From Opitutia bacterium (GTDB lineage: Bacteria > Verrucomicrobiota > Verrucomicrobiia > Opitutales > Opitutaceae): a stretch of 64,000 nucleotides of DNA. Of this stretch, positions 1 to 9,684 are shown in pieces. Numbering within the stretch: the first letter of the stretch is position 1; the number at the start of each line of letters is the position of its first letter. The stretch covers positions 544,001 to 608,000 of the forward strand of contig CANJVR010000002.1 of assembly GCA_947478395.1 (NCBI GenBank), read 5' to 3'. Position numbers and translations under genes: made by a program. The notes under the pieces were generated by a model. That model did no database searches and was not told where the DNA came from. It worked only from the letters and a program-made list of their open reading frames with translations.

Positions 1-164
1 AAGTCGAACGAAAGGCGCGCGGGCGCACCATGCCAAGGGTTTTGTGCGAACCGCGCGGGCCGGGTTGCATTTTTTTTCAAAAACCCAAATCGACCGCCAA
101 TCGCTCTGGTCATTTGACACGCTTGATTAGGCACCTAATCGTCTCCTCCATCTAAACGTACGCG

Positions 165-1364
165 ATGCCTTACCATGAAGACCGTTCCGCCTGGTTCGAG
201 GGCCAGGGCCTTTGGCCACACGTCCCCGCCAGCGACTGGAACGACTGGATCTGGCAGCTCAAAAACCGGCTGACCACAGCCGCTCAACTTGAGGAGCACA
301 TGACGCTCACCGCGGACGAAAAAGCCGGGTGCCTATTCGCCAGCCAAAAACTGGCGCTGGCGATCACACCCTATTTTTTCAACCTGATCGACCGCGAGGA
401 TCCGGATTGCCCGATTCGGAAGCAGGTTATTCCGCGCGCGGGCGAAGCCGTGATCAGCGAGGAGGAAATGCTGGATTCGCTGGGCGAGGACGAGCATTCA
501 CCGGTCGCCGGATTGGTGCATCGTTATCCGGACCGCGTGCTATTTCTCGTGACGGATCGCTGCGCGGCGTATTGCCGCTATTGCACGCGGAGCAGGCTGG
601 TTTCCAACGCGCAGGACTATAATTTTCATCCCGAATACGAGCAGGGTCTGCGTTACATTGAGCAGCATCCCGAAATTCGCGACGTGCTATTATCAGGCGG
701 CGACCCCCTTTTGCTCTCGGATCGGAAACTCGATCATCTCCTGAGCCGCCTGCGGGCCATCAAGCACGTGGAGTTCATTCGCATCGGTTCGCGTATTCCG
801 GTTTTTCTGCCGCAGCGCATCACGCCCGAATTGTGCGAGATTTTCAAACGGCACGGTCCGATTTGGATCAGCATTCACACCAACCACCCGAAGGAAGCTA
901 CCGCGGCGCTAAGCGCCGCGTGTGAACGCCTCTCCTTCGCCGGCGTGCCGCTGGGGAACCAGAGCGTGTTGTTAAAGGGCATCAACGATGATCCCGAGGT
1001 GATGAAAGCGCTCGTGCATCGTCTGCTGCGCATGCGGGTCCGCCCTTACTACCTTTACCAGATGGACCTGATTACGGGCGGCAGCCACTTCAAGGTGGAT
1101 GTCCGCAAAGGGATCGAAATTATCCGCGCACTGCGGGGCCACACCACGGGCTACGCCGTGCCGCAGTTTGTCATCGATGCGCCCGGCGGCGGCGGCAAGG
1201 TGCCCATCAATCCAGACTACGTAGAAGAAATCACGGACGACGAAATCGTGTTTCGCAATTACGAGGGGGATGTTTTCCGCTACCCACTGAAGAGCACGCC
1301 ACGCAAAGAGCCCGTCGAGGCCGGACTGATTACGGTAAACGAACCAGGTTTCGCAGGTTTATAA
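165..1364 (+). CDS. kamA: KamA-family radical SAM protein (lysine 2,3-aminomutase-like)
   Basis: CAAYCRYC radical SAM motif, HRYPDRVL, SGGDPL, PGGGGK PLP-lysine motif. Confidence 0.85.
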   Translation: MPYHEDRSAWFEGQGLWPHVPASDWNDWIWQLKNRLTTAAQLEEHMTLTADEKAGCLFASQKLALAITPYFFNLIDREDPDCPIRKQVIPRAGEAVISEEEMLDSLGEDEHSPVAGLVHRYPDRVLFLVTDRCAAYCRYCTRSRLVSNAQDYNFHPEYEQGLRYIEQHPEIRDVLLSGGDPLLLSDRKLDHLLSRLRAIKHVEFIRIGSRIPVFLPQRITPELCEIFKRHGPIWISIHTNHPKEATAALSAACERLSFAGVPLGNQSVLLKGINDDPEVMKALVHRLLRMRVRPYYLYQMDLITGGSHFKVDVRKGIEIIRALRGHTTGYAVPQFVIDAPGGGGKVPINPDYVEEITDDEIVFRNYEGDVFRYPLKSTPRKEPVEAGLITVNEPGFAGL

Positions 1365-1860
1365 AAGTTCAGCTCACACGCAGCGGAGGCCTGCGTTTAG
1401 CCGTCCCTGATCTCGTACTTCACCTGCGCGGCTTTCGTGTCGCATCCCTCGGAAAGAAGCACGACTCCCTCACCCAAAAGCTGCGCGGCTTCATGGCTAA
1501 GCCGCGGCGGTCGATCAGCGTCTTTGGCTGTAAATCAATCGGGTGCCCGAGCCTGAATCTGATGTGCGTTGTCCCGGTTTAATCGTTGTCGAGCCAAGCA
1601 CGTGCGCGGACGAGCGCAGCAAAGGCGATTCCGGCCGCGAAAAAAAGCGGCGGCGAGAAGCCAGAAAAAGTGACAACGCGCAGCGTTTGCCATAAAAATT
1701 TCGGCCCCGAAAAGATACCTGAGTTCGCCCGCACGTAGTCGGGGCGAACCGATCCAAAAAACCTTAATAACTGAAAGGCAGCGATTTACGCACAACGAAA
1801 TTTTCATCAAAAAAATCCTCTTTTTTTGAGCGTTTCAACGTACGCCGCATCTATCCCCGC

Positions 1861-1970
1861 GTAGTCAGCACTGTCCTTGGTAAGACAGTGATTGTTTGTA
1901 GTTATTACGGTTTGCTTGGTGTTAGGTCACAGAACCGCCTCTCTCACAGGAGGCGGTTTCTGTGTTTTTA
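1861..1970 (+). ncRNA. Candidate small RNA (5' hairpin, GU-rich single strand, intrinsic terminator)
   Basis: CACTGTC/GACAGTG hairpin, GT-rich linker, strong terminator, no credible ORF upstream of it on this strand. Confidence 0.4.
1928..1969 (+). terminator. Rho-independent terminator
   Basis: CACAGAACCGCCTC...GAGGCGGTTTCTGTG stem followed by TTTTT. Confidence 0.75.
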
Positions 1971-2038
1971 GAGCTAGGATACCCCTGCACCGAAAGAATA
2001 TCTTGCTTCGCGATCCGACCCCCGCTTTCACGACATTT

Positions 2039-2140
2039 GCCTGTAGGGGTGCCTTCCGCGGAAGGCTGAGATTGCGGTGCGAATCGACCGCTCGACCCTT
2101 CGAACCTGAACGGATCATGCCGACGAAGGAAACAGCAGGC
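2039..2140 (+). promoter_or_regulatory. TPP (thiamine pyrophosphate) riboswitch
   Basis: GGGGTGC...GCTGAGA...ACCCTTCGAACCTGA...ATGCCGACGAAGG matches THI-box consensus; CTGT/ACAG P1; upstream of a transporter. Confidence 0.9.
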
Positions 2141-2190
2141 GCGGTCCGCGCCTTTTAATCAACAGAGGGCGCGGGCGGCGCCCCTTTTTT
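2137..2190 (+). terminator. Riboswitch expression platform: two successive hairpins with T-runs
   Basis: AGGCGCGG-T-CCGCGCCT-TTT then GGGCGC-GGGCG-GCGCCC-CTTTTTT. Confidence 0.6.
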
Positions 2191-2223
2191 CGGAGCTCCG
2201 TTTTGGGTTGGCAAACCAACACC

Positions 2224-4362
2224 ATGAAGCTCCCGCCACTCCTTATCGCCGTCGTCACGCTCGCCGCCCTCTCAGTGGCTCGAGGTCAGCCCGCTCCCGC
2301 GACGCCGCCCTCCTCCACCCCTGCGGCGCCCGTAAAACTCGCGCCCCTGCTTGTTACCGCCGATCTCTGGGCTTCGCCCCTCGCGAGCATTCCCGCCAGT
2401 GTGAGCGTATTTGACGAAGCGGCCTTGCGCGCCGGCGCGGTCCACCATTTTGGCGATCTCGTCGATCAAATCCCCAATCTCACCTGGACCGGCGGCACGT
2501 CGCGGCCGCGCTATCTTCAAATCCGCGGCATCGGTGAAAACTCCCAATACGAGGGCGAAACGCCGGACTCTTCCGTGCGCTTTCTGGTCGACGATTTCGA
2601 TTTCACCGGGCTCGGCACGCTCGGCAGCACGTTCGACGTCAGCCAGGTCGAGGTGCTGCGCGGGCCCCAAGCCGGCGCATTTGGCGCTAACGCCGCGGGC
2701 GGTATCGTTCGCCTCGTTACCCGCGCCCCCACCCCGTTCTGGACGGGGCAAGTCGAGACCAGCGTCGGCGAAGACGCCCTGCGCGAAGGTGGTTTCGCCC
2801 TCGGCGGCCCACTCATCGCCGCCCAACCCGAAAAATTTATGGCCCGCCTCGCCCTGTACCAGCATTCGAGCGCTGGTTTTCGTCACAACGTCACGCTCAA
2901 CCGTGCCACCAACGCGCGCGACGAATTCAACGCCCGCCTGCGCCTTACCGCCAATCCTGCGCCTGAATGGCACTGGGACGCTGCGCTGCTTTTTTCCGAT
3001 CTCAACAATGGCTTCGACGAATTCATGCTCGATAACAACGGTCGCCAAACCTTGAGCGACCAGCCCGGCCGCGACGAACAGCGTTCCCGCGCCGCCAGTC
3101 TGCGCGGCACCTATTCGGGCATCGCCGGGGCCCGTCTCACCACGGTCACCAGCGAGAGTTGGTCCAAGTCGATTTACAGCTACGACGACGACTGGACCGC
3201 TGCGTCCTACCACGGCTTCAGCGATCTTCATCGCGACCGCTCCGTGTTTAACCAAGAGCTGCGGCTCGATTCCACGCTGACCCGTGCCGCCCTCGGCTGG
3301 ATCGATCGTTGGACGCTGGGCTGCTACTATTCGAATACCGATGAAACCGGCGCGTACACCGACGAAGATCCGGACAATCTCCGCGGCCTCCGCACCCGCT
3401 ACCAGTCCGACAACTTCGCGCTTTTTGGTCAGGTCGGCCACGACTTCGACGCCCACACTCGCATCATTGTCGGCTTGCGCGCCGAGCGCATCGAGATCGC
3501 CGGCCGCGGCACGAAAACGCGCCTCCTCAAAACTCGCGGGACTTCCGATCCGATCGTCACGTTTTCGCCGGCCTTCGGCGACACATTGTTCGGCGGAAAA
3601 ATCACCCTCGAGCGCGACTTGAGCGAACATCAGGTCGCGTTCGCGTCGGTCACGCGCGGCTACAAGGGCGGCGGGATCAACGTCGACGCTCGCATCAGCC
3701 CGCCGTCCGATCCCCTCACCTACGACACCGAGTATCTTTGGAACTACGAAACGGGCCTGCGCGGCCGCTGGCTCGATCAACGGCTCGTCGGTGAATTCAC
3801 CGCGTTCTATCTCGACCGGAATGCAACGCAGGTGCGCGATTCCGCTGGGTTCGGCGGCAGCTATCGTTTTTTCACCGCCAACTCCCATGGCGCCTACGTG
3901 TACGGCTTGGAATCCTCCGCAACCTACACGTTGACCGATCGGTGGGCCTTTAACGGATCGCTCGCGCGCTCGGAGTCTCACCTCGATCCCTTCACTCTGG
4001 ACAACGGCAGCGTCGGAGGTGGCCGCCGCCTCGCAAATACCCCGCGCTACGGCTATACCGTCGGCACGCGCTATCGTGATGCCGCCGGTTTTTCCGGTAA
4101 TCTTGAGCTCGTCGGGCGCGCGAGCCAGCTGGACTCCAACAACCAGAACGAAGCCCGACGGGCATTCCGCGTCGTCAACGCCAGCGTCGGTTTCCTCTGG
4201 CGGGAGTGGACATTCACGCTCTGGGGCCGGAATGTTTTTAACCAACGCTACGAAAAACGGGTCTTCTTTTTCGGCAACGCAGACCCGGACTACGCCGAAA
4301 CGCGCTATGAAGATCGGGCGGACCCCCGCCAGCTCGGCGTCAGTGCCGCGTATCGATTCTGA
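2224..4362 (+). CDS. TonB-dependent receptor, probably thiamine or thiamine-precursor uptake
   Basis: Signal peptide, IRGIG and VEVLRGPQ plug motifs, C-terminal YRF; TPP riboswitch upstream. Confidence 0.85.
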   Translation: MKLPPLLIAVVTLAALSVARGQPAPATPPSSTPAAPVKLAPLLVTADLWASPLASIPASVSVFDEAALRAGAVHHFGDLVDQIPNLTWTGGTSRPRYLQIRGIGENSQYEGETPDSSVRFLVDDFDFTGLGTLGSTFDVSQVEVLRGPQAGAFGANAAGGIVRLVTRAPTPFWTGQVETSVGEDALREGGFALGGPLIAAQPEKFMARLALYQHSSAGFRHNVTLNRATNARDEFNARLRLTANPAPEWHWDAALLFSDLNNGFDEFMLDNNGRQTLSDQPGRDEQRSRAASLRGTYSGIAGARLTTVTSESWSKSIYSYDDDWTAASYHGFSDLHRDRSVFNQELRLDSTLTRAALGWIDRWTLGCYYSNTDETGAYTDEDPDNLRGLRTRYQSDNFALFGQVGHDFDAHTRIIVGLRAERIEIAGRGTKTRLLKTRGTSDPIVTFSPAFGDTLFGGKITLERDLSEHQVAFASVTRGYKGGGINVDARISPPSDPLTYDTEYLWNYETGLRGRWLDQRLVGEFTAFYLDRNATQVRDSAGFGGSYRFFTANSHGAYVYGLESSATYTLTDRWAFNGSLARSESHLDPFTLDNGSVGGGRRLANTPRYGYTVGTRYRDAAGFSGNLELVGRASQLDSNNQNEARRAFRVVNASVGFLWREWTFTLWGRNVFNQRYEKRVFFFGNADPDYAETRYEDRADPRQLGVSAAYRF

Positions 4363-4371
4363 AGCGGGCGA

Positions 4372-4465
4372 GGCCGGACGCATCATCTCTAACGCGCCGA
4401 TCCGCGCCAAAGATCTGGCAACGAATTCGGAACCCGACGTCGCATGGAGAATAACGCGCCTTACC
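4372..4465. repeat. Degenerate REP doublet, family 1
   Basis: Arms match GGTAGGGCGCGTTATCCCTAACGCGCC at 21/27 and its reverse complement at 20/27 (manual count). Confidence 0.6.
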
Positions 4466-4527
4466 TCGGTCATGTTTTTTCCGTGTCTTCCGTTCGGCCG
4501 GTCGCCAAGTTTGGCGCTCCTCATTTC

Positions 4528-5388
4528 ATGCGCTTCCACAAATATCACGCCCTCGGCAACGACTACATCGTCCTCGATCCCCGCGATTTTCCTTCGTGGC
4601 AACCCGCGCCGACGGTAGAGCAGATCCGCGTCGTCTGCCACCGCAACTTCGGCGTGGGCTCCGATGGTATTCTCTGGGGTCCGCTGCCTTCGCAGAAAAG
4701 TGAATTCGGCCTGCGCATTTTCAATCCCGACGGCTCCGAGGCGGAAAAATCGGGCAACGGCCTCCGCATTTTTTCCCGTTACCTCTGGGATCAGAAACTC
4801 GTTAAAAGCCCCACGTTCACCGTCGAAACTCCCGGCGGACAGGTGCAGGTCGTGATCAAAGACAACGGACAGCTCCTCACAATCGCGATGGGCTCCGTCA
4901 GTTTCGACAGCACCAAGATTCCCGTGGTTCTCACCGGCGCGCCGCGCGAAGTGATCAACGAAAAAATCTCCGTGCTCGACCGTGAGTTCACCTACTGCGC
5001 CGCCACCATCGGCAATCCGCACTGCGTGATCCCCCTGCCCACCGTGACGTCCGAACTCGCGCACAAATACGGACCGCACCTCGAAACCCATCCCAACTTC
5101 CCGCGCAAAACCAACGTGCAGTTTCTCCAAGTGCTAGATCGCGCAAATATCCGCATCGAGATCTGGGAGCGCGGCGCCGGTTATACGCTCGCGTCCGGCA
5201 GCAGCAGCAGCGCCAGCGCGGCCGTCGCGCACCGGCTGGGACTCGTCGATCGCAACGTCACGGTCCACATGCCCGGCGGGCAGATCGGCATCGAGATCGG
5301 CGAAAACTTTTCGATCATGATGACCGGGACCGTGAACAAGGTTGCCGACGGGACCATGCACCCGGAGCTGTTCGCGGTGAAGGTCTAA
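4528..5388 (+). CDS. dapF: Diaminopimelate epimerase
   Basis: KYHALGND, NPDGSEAEKSGNG, GNPH, ERGAGYTLASGS; Ser in place of both catalytic Cys. Confidence 0.85.
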   Translation: MRFHKYHALGNDYIVLDPRDFPSWQPAPTVEQIRVVCHRNFGVGSDGILWGPLPSQKSEFGLRIFNPDGSEAEKSGNGLRIFSRYLWDQKLVKSPTFTVETPGGQVQVVIKDNGQLLTIAMGSVSFDSTKIPVVLTGAPREVINEKISVLDREFTYCAATIGNPHCVIPLPTVTSELAHKYGPHLETHPNFPRKTNVQFLQVLDRANIRIEIWERGAGYTLASGSSSSASAAVAHRLGLVDRNVTVHMPGGQIGIEIGENFSIMMTGTVNKVADGTMHPELFAVKV

Positions 5389-5533
5389 TCGCGAATTAGC
5401 CCGAGAGCGGTGGCATCAATGCCACTGACACGAATACCCGTTGCCGATTTCCAGCGATCGGGCCAGCGTGCACCGCTGTGATGAGCCTCTCCGCCGACGT
5501 TGCCCCCGTCGCATTACCGCTTTCCTGCTTCCG

Positions 5534-5980
5534 ATGAGTGCATCGCTTTCACCGTTGCGCCTCCCGTTGCCTTTGATGGCGGCTCTAAGCCTTGCGATCA
5601 TCGCGAGGCTTAGAGCCGGAATGTCGTTTCCCGTTTGGCCGGAAGGGCGGCGCAACCCCGAGCTTTTCCACCGTTTTGCCATGCCTTTGTTCCTTCTGCT
5701 AATGCTGCATGAAGATCCCGCCCATGCTTTCCCGCGTTACCTTTTAGCCGCAGCCGAGGTTCGCTTTCTGGGCGCGACGCTGACCACGTTAAGGCTGCTC
5801 GAGCTGGGCGCAGCGGGACTTTACGCGGCCGCAGTCGGCTGGTCTCATACTCTGGTCGCATTCTTACCAAGCATCTCGCTGGTCAGTTTTCTCAGCGCCA
5901 GCACCACCGCGTGGCGCGAGATATCCTCCGCATCTTTCCTCCAGCAATTTTTTTTCCGGCTCCAACCACGGGCCCTTTAA
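5534..5980 (+). CDS. Hypothetical hydrophobic protein
   Basis: Open frame with hydrophobic segments, no recognised motif; start uncertain. Confidence 0.3.
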   Translation: MSASLSPLRLPLPLMAALSLAIIARLRAGMSFPVWPEGRRNPELFHRFAMPLFLLLMLHEDPAHAFPRYLLAAAEVRFLGATLTTLRLLELGAAGLYAAAVGWSHTLVAFLPSISLVSFLSASTTAWREISSASFLQQFFFRLQPRAL

Positions 5981-5985
5981 TCCTT

Positions 5986-6078
5986 ATGCCCTTTCCCGTG
6001 ACTGCGCGCGAGAGATACGCCCTCGTTGTGCTAGCAACGATCATCATACTCGGACTAATCGGGCTGGCCGTGCTTTAG
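5986..6078 (+). CDS. Putative 30-aa single-pass membrane peptide
   Basis: MPFPVTARERYALVVLATIIILGLIGLAVL*, starts 5 nt after previous stop. Confidence 0.45.
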   Translation: MPFPVTARERYALVVLATIIILGLIGLAVL

Positions 6079-6276
6079 GAACGAAGAAAACGCAACCGTT
6101 GAACCCGCTTTCCTCCGTAAATTTACCATCGCCGGGACCCAGTCCTTTGCATCCTCTCTACGCCGCCACGCGTATGATGAAAGCGCCCAATGTTCAATCT
6201 GCCGACCTACTCAATCTCAGCCTACGCGGCTTTGGTAGCGTTGCCGAGAACGACGCGTCCCGCGAAGCCTGAGCGA

Positions 6277-6876
6277 ATGAAGGCGCCCGTGAATCAGCCG
6301 GAAAATCCGGAGCAAAGGCATCAAGCCGACGCCGAACTGCTGAAGCGAGTCGCCGCCGCCGATCGCTCCGCATTCAGTGAACTTTACGATCGTTTTTCAC
6401 GACCGCTTTACGCCACCGCTGTCCACATCCTGCGGGATCCGGCCGAAGCTCAGGATGTCGTGCACGATGCTTTTATTACGCTCTGGGAAAAAGCCCCATC
6501 GTTCGAATCCACTCGCGGCACCGCATTTTCCTGGGCGGTCACCCTGACTCGTAACCGGGCCATTGATCGGCTCCGGTCCCGGCGTCGCCGGGCGGCATTG
6601 CTGGAAGGATCCGCGCCTTCGGATCTCGGGCTTGACGAAAACTCCTCCGGACCTTCGGCCGATACCGCGGCCGACTCCAACGATCAGGCGTGCGTCGTGC
6701 GCGCCGCCGTCGCAGCCCTCCCTTTAGAACAACAAAACGCGGTACAACTGGCTTTCTTCGGCGGGCTAACCCAGGAAGAAATCGCCGCCCGCCTCCAGGC
6801 CCCGCTCGGCACCATCAAAGCTCGCATCCGGCGCGGTCTGCTGAAGCTCCGCGAACAGCTCGTGCTCCGCCGATGA
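6277..6876 (+). CDS. ECF sigma-70 factor (SigK/RpoE-like)
   Basis: AFSELYDR, RNRAIDRLR, LGTIKARIRRGL regions 2 and 4; start could be 6190. Confidence 0.85.
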   Translation: MKAPVNQPENPEQRHQADAELLKRVAAADRSAFSELYDRFSRPLYATAVHILRDPAEAQDVVHDAFITLWEKAPSFESTRGTAFSWAVTLTRNRAIDRLRSRRRRAALLEGSAPSDLGLDENSSGPSADTAADSNDQACVVRAAVAALPLEQQNAVQLAFFGGLTQEEIAARLQAPLGTIKARIRRGLLKLREQLVLRR

Positions 6877-7931
6877 ATCACGAACGCCACGAAGACCTCG
6901 CCGCCCTCGCCGCCCTCGACCTCCTGTCCGCCAACGAACAGGCCGAGTTAAACGCCGCCGTCGCCGTCGACCCGTCACTGCAGGGCCTGATCGATTCGCT
7001 GCGTTCCGCCGCCGCCGAACTCGCACGTATCGCTCCCGCGGTCGAGCCGCCCGCCGCCCTTAAAGCCCGGATCCTGGCCCATATTGCCGTGCTCCCCGCC
7101 ACCGCCCGGGAAACACCCCAACTCCAGACGCAAATTCTCGAGTTCAAAAAGCCCAAACCGAAAACGCCAAATTCAAAATTACCCGCCTGGGTCGGCTGGG
7201 CCGCGGCCGCTTGCCTCGCGCTCACGAGCGCATGGCTGGGCCAAAGCCTGCTGACGGCGCAAAAGGCCGACGCTTCACTTCACGATCAACAGACCCTGGC
7301 CGATCTCGAATTACATAGCGCCCAAAACCAGCTCGAGGCCGAGCGTCTCATTGCCCGGCGCGAACTCGCCGACGCCACCGCCCGAGCCACGGCGGCCACC
7401 AGCAATCTCTCGGCGCTTCAGGCAAGGGTCGATACTGCAACCGCAGCGTCGACCGATCTTGCCACACGGTTGAATCTCACCCGCACGGAAATCGAGACGA
7501 CGCGTTTGCAGGTCGCCCAGCTTCGCGCGGGCCTCGCGTCCCGCGAAGCGCAGATCGCCGCGCTCGACCGTCAGCTCAAGGAGCAAGGCGATCTCGCCAC
7601 TTACAAAATCGCCAGCCTCGTCTCAATTGCCGGCAACACTCCGGAGGCCCTAGCAGTCGCGGTTTGGAATCCGGCTAACCAACAAGGTGTCCTCTCCGTC
7701 CAAAAACTTCCCGCGCTAACAGCCAATAGCTATTACGAGCTCTGGCTGATCGACCCCCAATACGCATCACCCGTCAGCGGCGGGGTCTTCACCGTCGATC
7801 CGGCGACCGGGGCCAGCCAAGTTCATTTTCATCCCGCCAAGCCCGTCAAGACGGCCGCCAAGTTCGCCATCACCCTCGAACGTAAAGACGGCTCTGCCCA
7901 GCCAAGCACTTTGTTGTTTGTGAGTGAATAG
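6873..7931 (+). CDS. Anti-sigma factor, RskA family, with long coiled coil
   Basis: ATGA overlap with sigma gene, PPAALKARIL, TM segment, YELWLI and FAITLE RskA motifs. Confidence 0.8.
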   Translation: MNHERHEDLAALAALDLLSANEQAELNAAVAVDPSLQGLIDSLRSAAAELARIAPAVEPPAALKARILAHIAVLPATARETPQLQTQILEFKKPKPKTPNSKLPAWVGWAAAACLALTSAWLGQSLLTAQKADASLHDQQTLADLELHSAQNQLEAERLIARRELADATARATAATSNLSALQARVDTATAASTDLATRLNLTRTEIETTRLQVAQLRAGLASREAQIAALDRQLKEQGDLATYKIASLVSIAGNTPEALAVAVWNPANQQGVLSVQKLPALTANSYYELWLIDPQYASPVSGGVFTVDPATGASQVHFHPAKPVKTAAKFAITLERKDGSAQPSTLLFVSE

Positions 7932-7938
7932 ACGCGGC

Positions 7939-8054
7939 GCACCGGGACACGGGCGCCGGCGTTTGGTGTTCAGCGTTTGGAGTTTCGGTTGAGGAGGCGG
8001 CAACTCCAGACGTTGAACTCGAAACTATAAACTTCCGGGACCGCGAACCGGGAA
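7939..8054. repeat. Inverted pair of degenerate 7-mer tandem tracts
   Basis: GTTTGGT GTTCAGC GTTTGGA GTTTCGG ... AACTCCA GACGTTG AACTCGA AACTATA; 7969-7984 pairs with 8002-8017 (14/16). Confidence 0.6.
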
Positions 8055-8099
8055 TTGAAACTTGCCCCGACCCCGCCCGCGGCAAACGATTTCAACCCT

Positions 8100-9287
8100 A
8101 TGGTCATCAAACCGAAAGTCCGTGGCTTCGTCTGCGTTACCGCTCACCCCGCCGGATGCGCCGCGCACGTCCAGGAGTGGATCGCTCACGTAAAGTCCCA
8201 GCCGCCTCTGAAGGGTGGCCCCAAGAAGGTCTTGGTGATCGGATCGTCCACGGGATACGGTTTGGCGTCGCGCGTGACTGCGGCTTTTGGCTCCGGTGCG
8301 GCCACACTCGGCGTATTTTTTGAGCGCCCCTCCGAAGAGGGCCGTCCCGCCACCCCAGGTTGGTACAACACCATCGCCGTTACGGCCGCCGCCCGGTCCG
8401 CCGGCCTCTACGCCAAGAATATCAACGGCGACGCCTTCTCCGACGAAATCAAACGTCAGACCTTGGATTTGATCCGAACCGATCTGGGCCAGATCGATCT
8501 CGTCATCTACTCTTTGGCTTCGCCGCGGCGCACCCACCCCAAGACGGGCGGCGTTCATAAATCGGTCCTTAAGCCCGTCGGCCAGTCTTACACCAACAAG
8601 ACCGTCGACACCGACAAAGGCCTCGTCAGCACCATCACGATCGAGCCCGCCAACGAACAGGAAATCGCCGACACGGTAACGGTGATGGGCGGCGAAGACT
8701 GGGAGATGTGGATGCAGGCGCTAGCGGACGCCAAGCTGCTTGCTCCGGGCGCCCAGTCGATTGCCTATTCCTACATCGGACCCCAGGTCACTTGGGCGAT
8801 CTACAAAAACGGGACCATCGGTCTGGCTAAGAACGACCTCGAGCGCGCGGCCAAAGCCATCGATTCGAGCCTCAAGGCTAATGGCGGGGGCCGAGCCTTC
8901 ATCTCCGTGAATAAGGCGCTGGTGACCCAAGCGAGTTCGGCGATTCCGGTCGTGCCGCTCTACATTTCGATTCTCTACAAACTCATGAAAGCAAAGGGCA
9001 CGCACGAAGGCTGCATCGAGCAGATTCAGCGGCTGTTCGCGACCCAAGTCTACAGTGGCAAGCCGATCCAGTTCGATGAAGCCGGTCGAGTTCGTCTCGA
9101 CGATTGGGAGATGCGCCCTGAAATCCAAAACGCCGTGACGGAGATCTGGCCGCAAGTAACGACCGAGAATCTGACATCCCTTACTGATATTGCCGGTTAT
9201 CGCAGCGAATTCATGAAGCTCTTCGGCTTCGGCCTTCCCGGCATCAATTACGAAGCCGAGGTCGAACCGCATCTTCTGATGCTCTGA
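8100..9287 (+). CDS. fabV: Enoyl-ACP/trans-2-enoyl-CoA reductase FabV
   Basis: IKPKVRGF, GSSTGYGLASR, VMGGEDW, NKALVTQASSAIP. Confidence 0.92.
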   Translation: MVIKPKVRGFVCVTAHPAGCAAHVQEWIAHVKSQPPLKGGPKKVLVIGSSTGYGLASRVTAAFGSGAATLGVFFERPSEEGRPATPGWYNTIAVTAAARSAGLYAKNINGDAFSDEIKRQTLDLIRTDLGQIDLVIYSLASPRRTHPKTGGVHKSVLKPVGQSYTNKTVDTDKGLVSTITIEPANEQEIADTVTVMGGEDWEMWMQALADAKLLAPGAQSIAYSYIGPQVTWAIYKNGTIGLAKNDLERAAKAIDSSLKANGGGRAFISVNKALVTQASSAIPVVPLYISILYKLMKAKGTHEGCIEQIQRLFATQVYSGKPIQFDEAGRVRLDDWEMRPEIQNAVTEIWPQVTTENLTSLTDIAGYRSEFMKLFGFGLPGINYEAEVEPHLLML

Positions 9288-9625
9288 GGCGACGAAAATC
9301 GGTCATTCCGCGGCCGCCCAAAACCCAGCATTGGAAGCTCGGAACCGAAAGCCAGCAAGGCTCGGGGCCACGAGCACTGAGCAGGTGGTTTTAGGCCCTA
9401 AGGCGCGGAACCCGACGGCGGTGTCCAAGCGACAACCGACCCGGCGAAAAAACGTCCGCACCTCCGCGATCGTAAATACCAAAGCTGGAACCCCCGGATA
9501 GCGCTACGATCAAGGGAACACCCCAATTTGCCGCAGCTTCCTGCGGCATCTGCGCCCCTTCCGGGAGCCCTGTCTGTCATTGGTGATGGCCCAGTCCGGG
9601 TGAGTCAGGTTACGGCTGGGTTCAT

Positions 9626-9655
9626 AAAAAAGGACCGGCGCATCGAGCCGGTCCT
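9626..9655 (-). terminator. Intrinsic terminator of the zinc peptidase gene
   Basis: AGGACCGGC/GCCGGTCCT stem with A-run on the + strand upstream. Confidence 0.7.
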
Positions 9656-9684
9656 GCTATCTCACCGCTACCTGACGCGGCGTT

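Noticed and set aside
2272..5130. 952-aa antisense ORF, and similar long shadow ORFs (53436-55292, 61747-63438, 34134-35363, 45816-47123)
   Set aside because: They lie opposite well-supported genes, carry no motifs, and are expected from GC-rich codon bias.
4528..5388. dapF as a pseudogene because both catalytic Cys read Ser
   Set aside because: The frame and other motifs are intact and both positions changed concordantly, which suggests a variant enzyme rather than decay.
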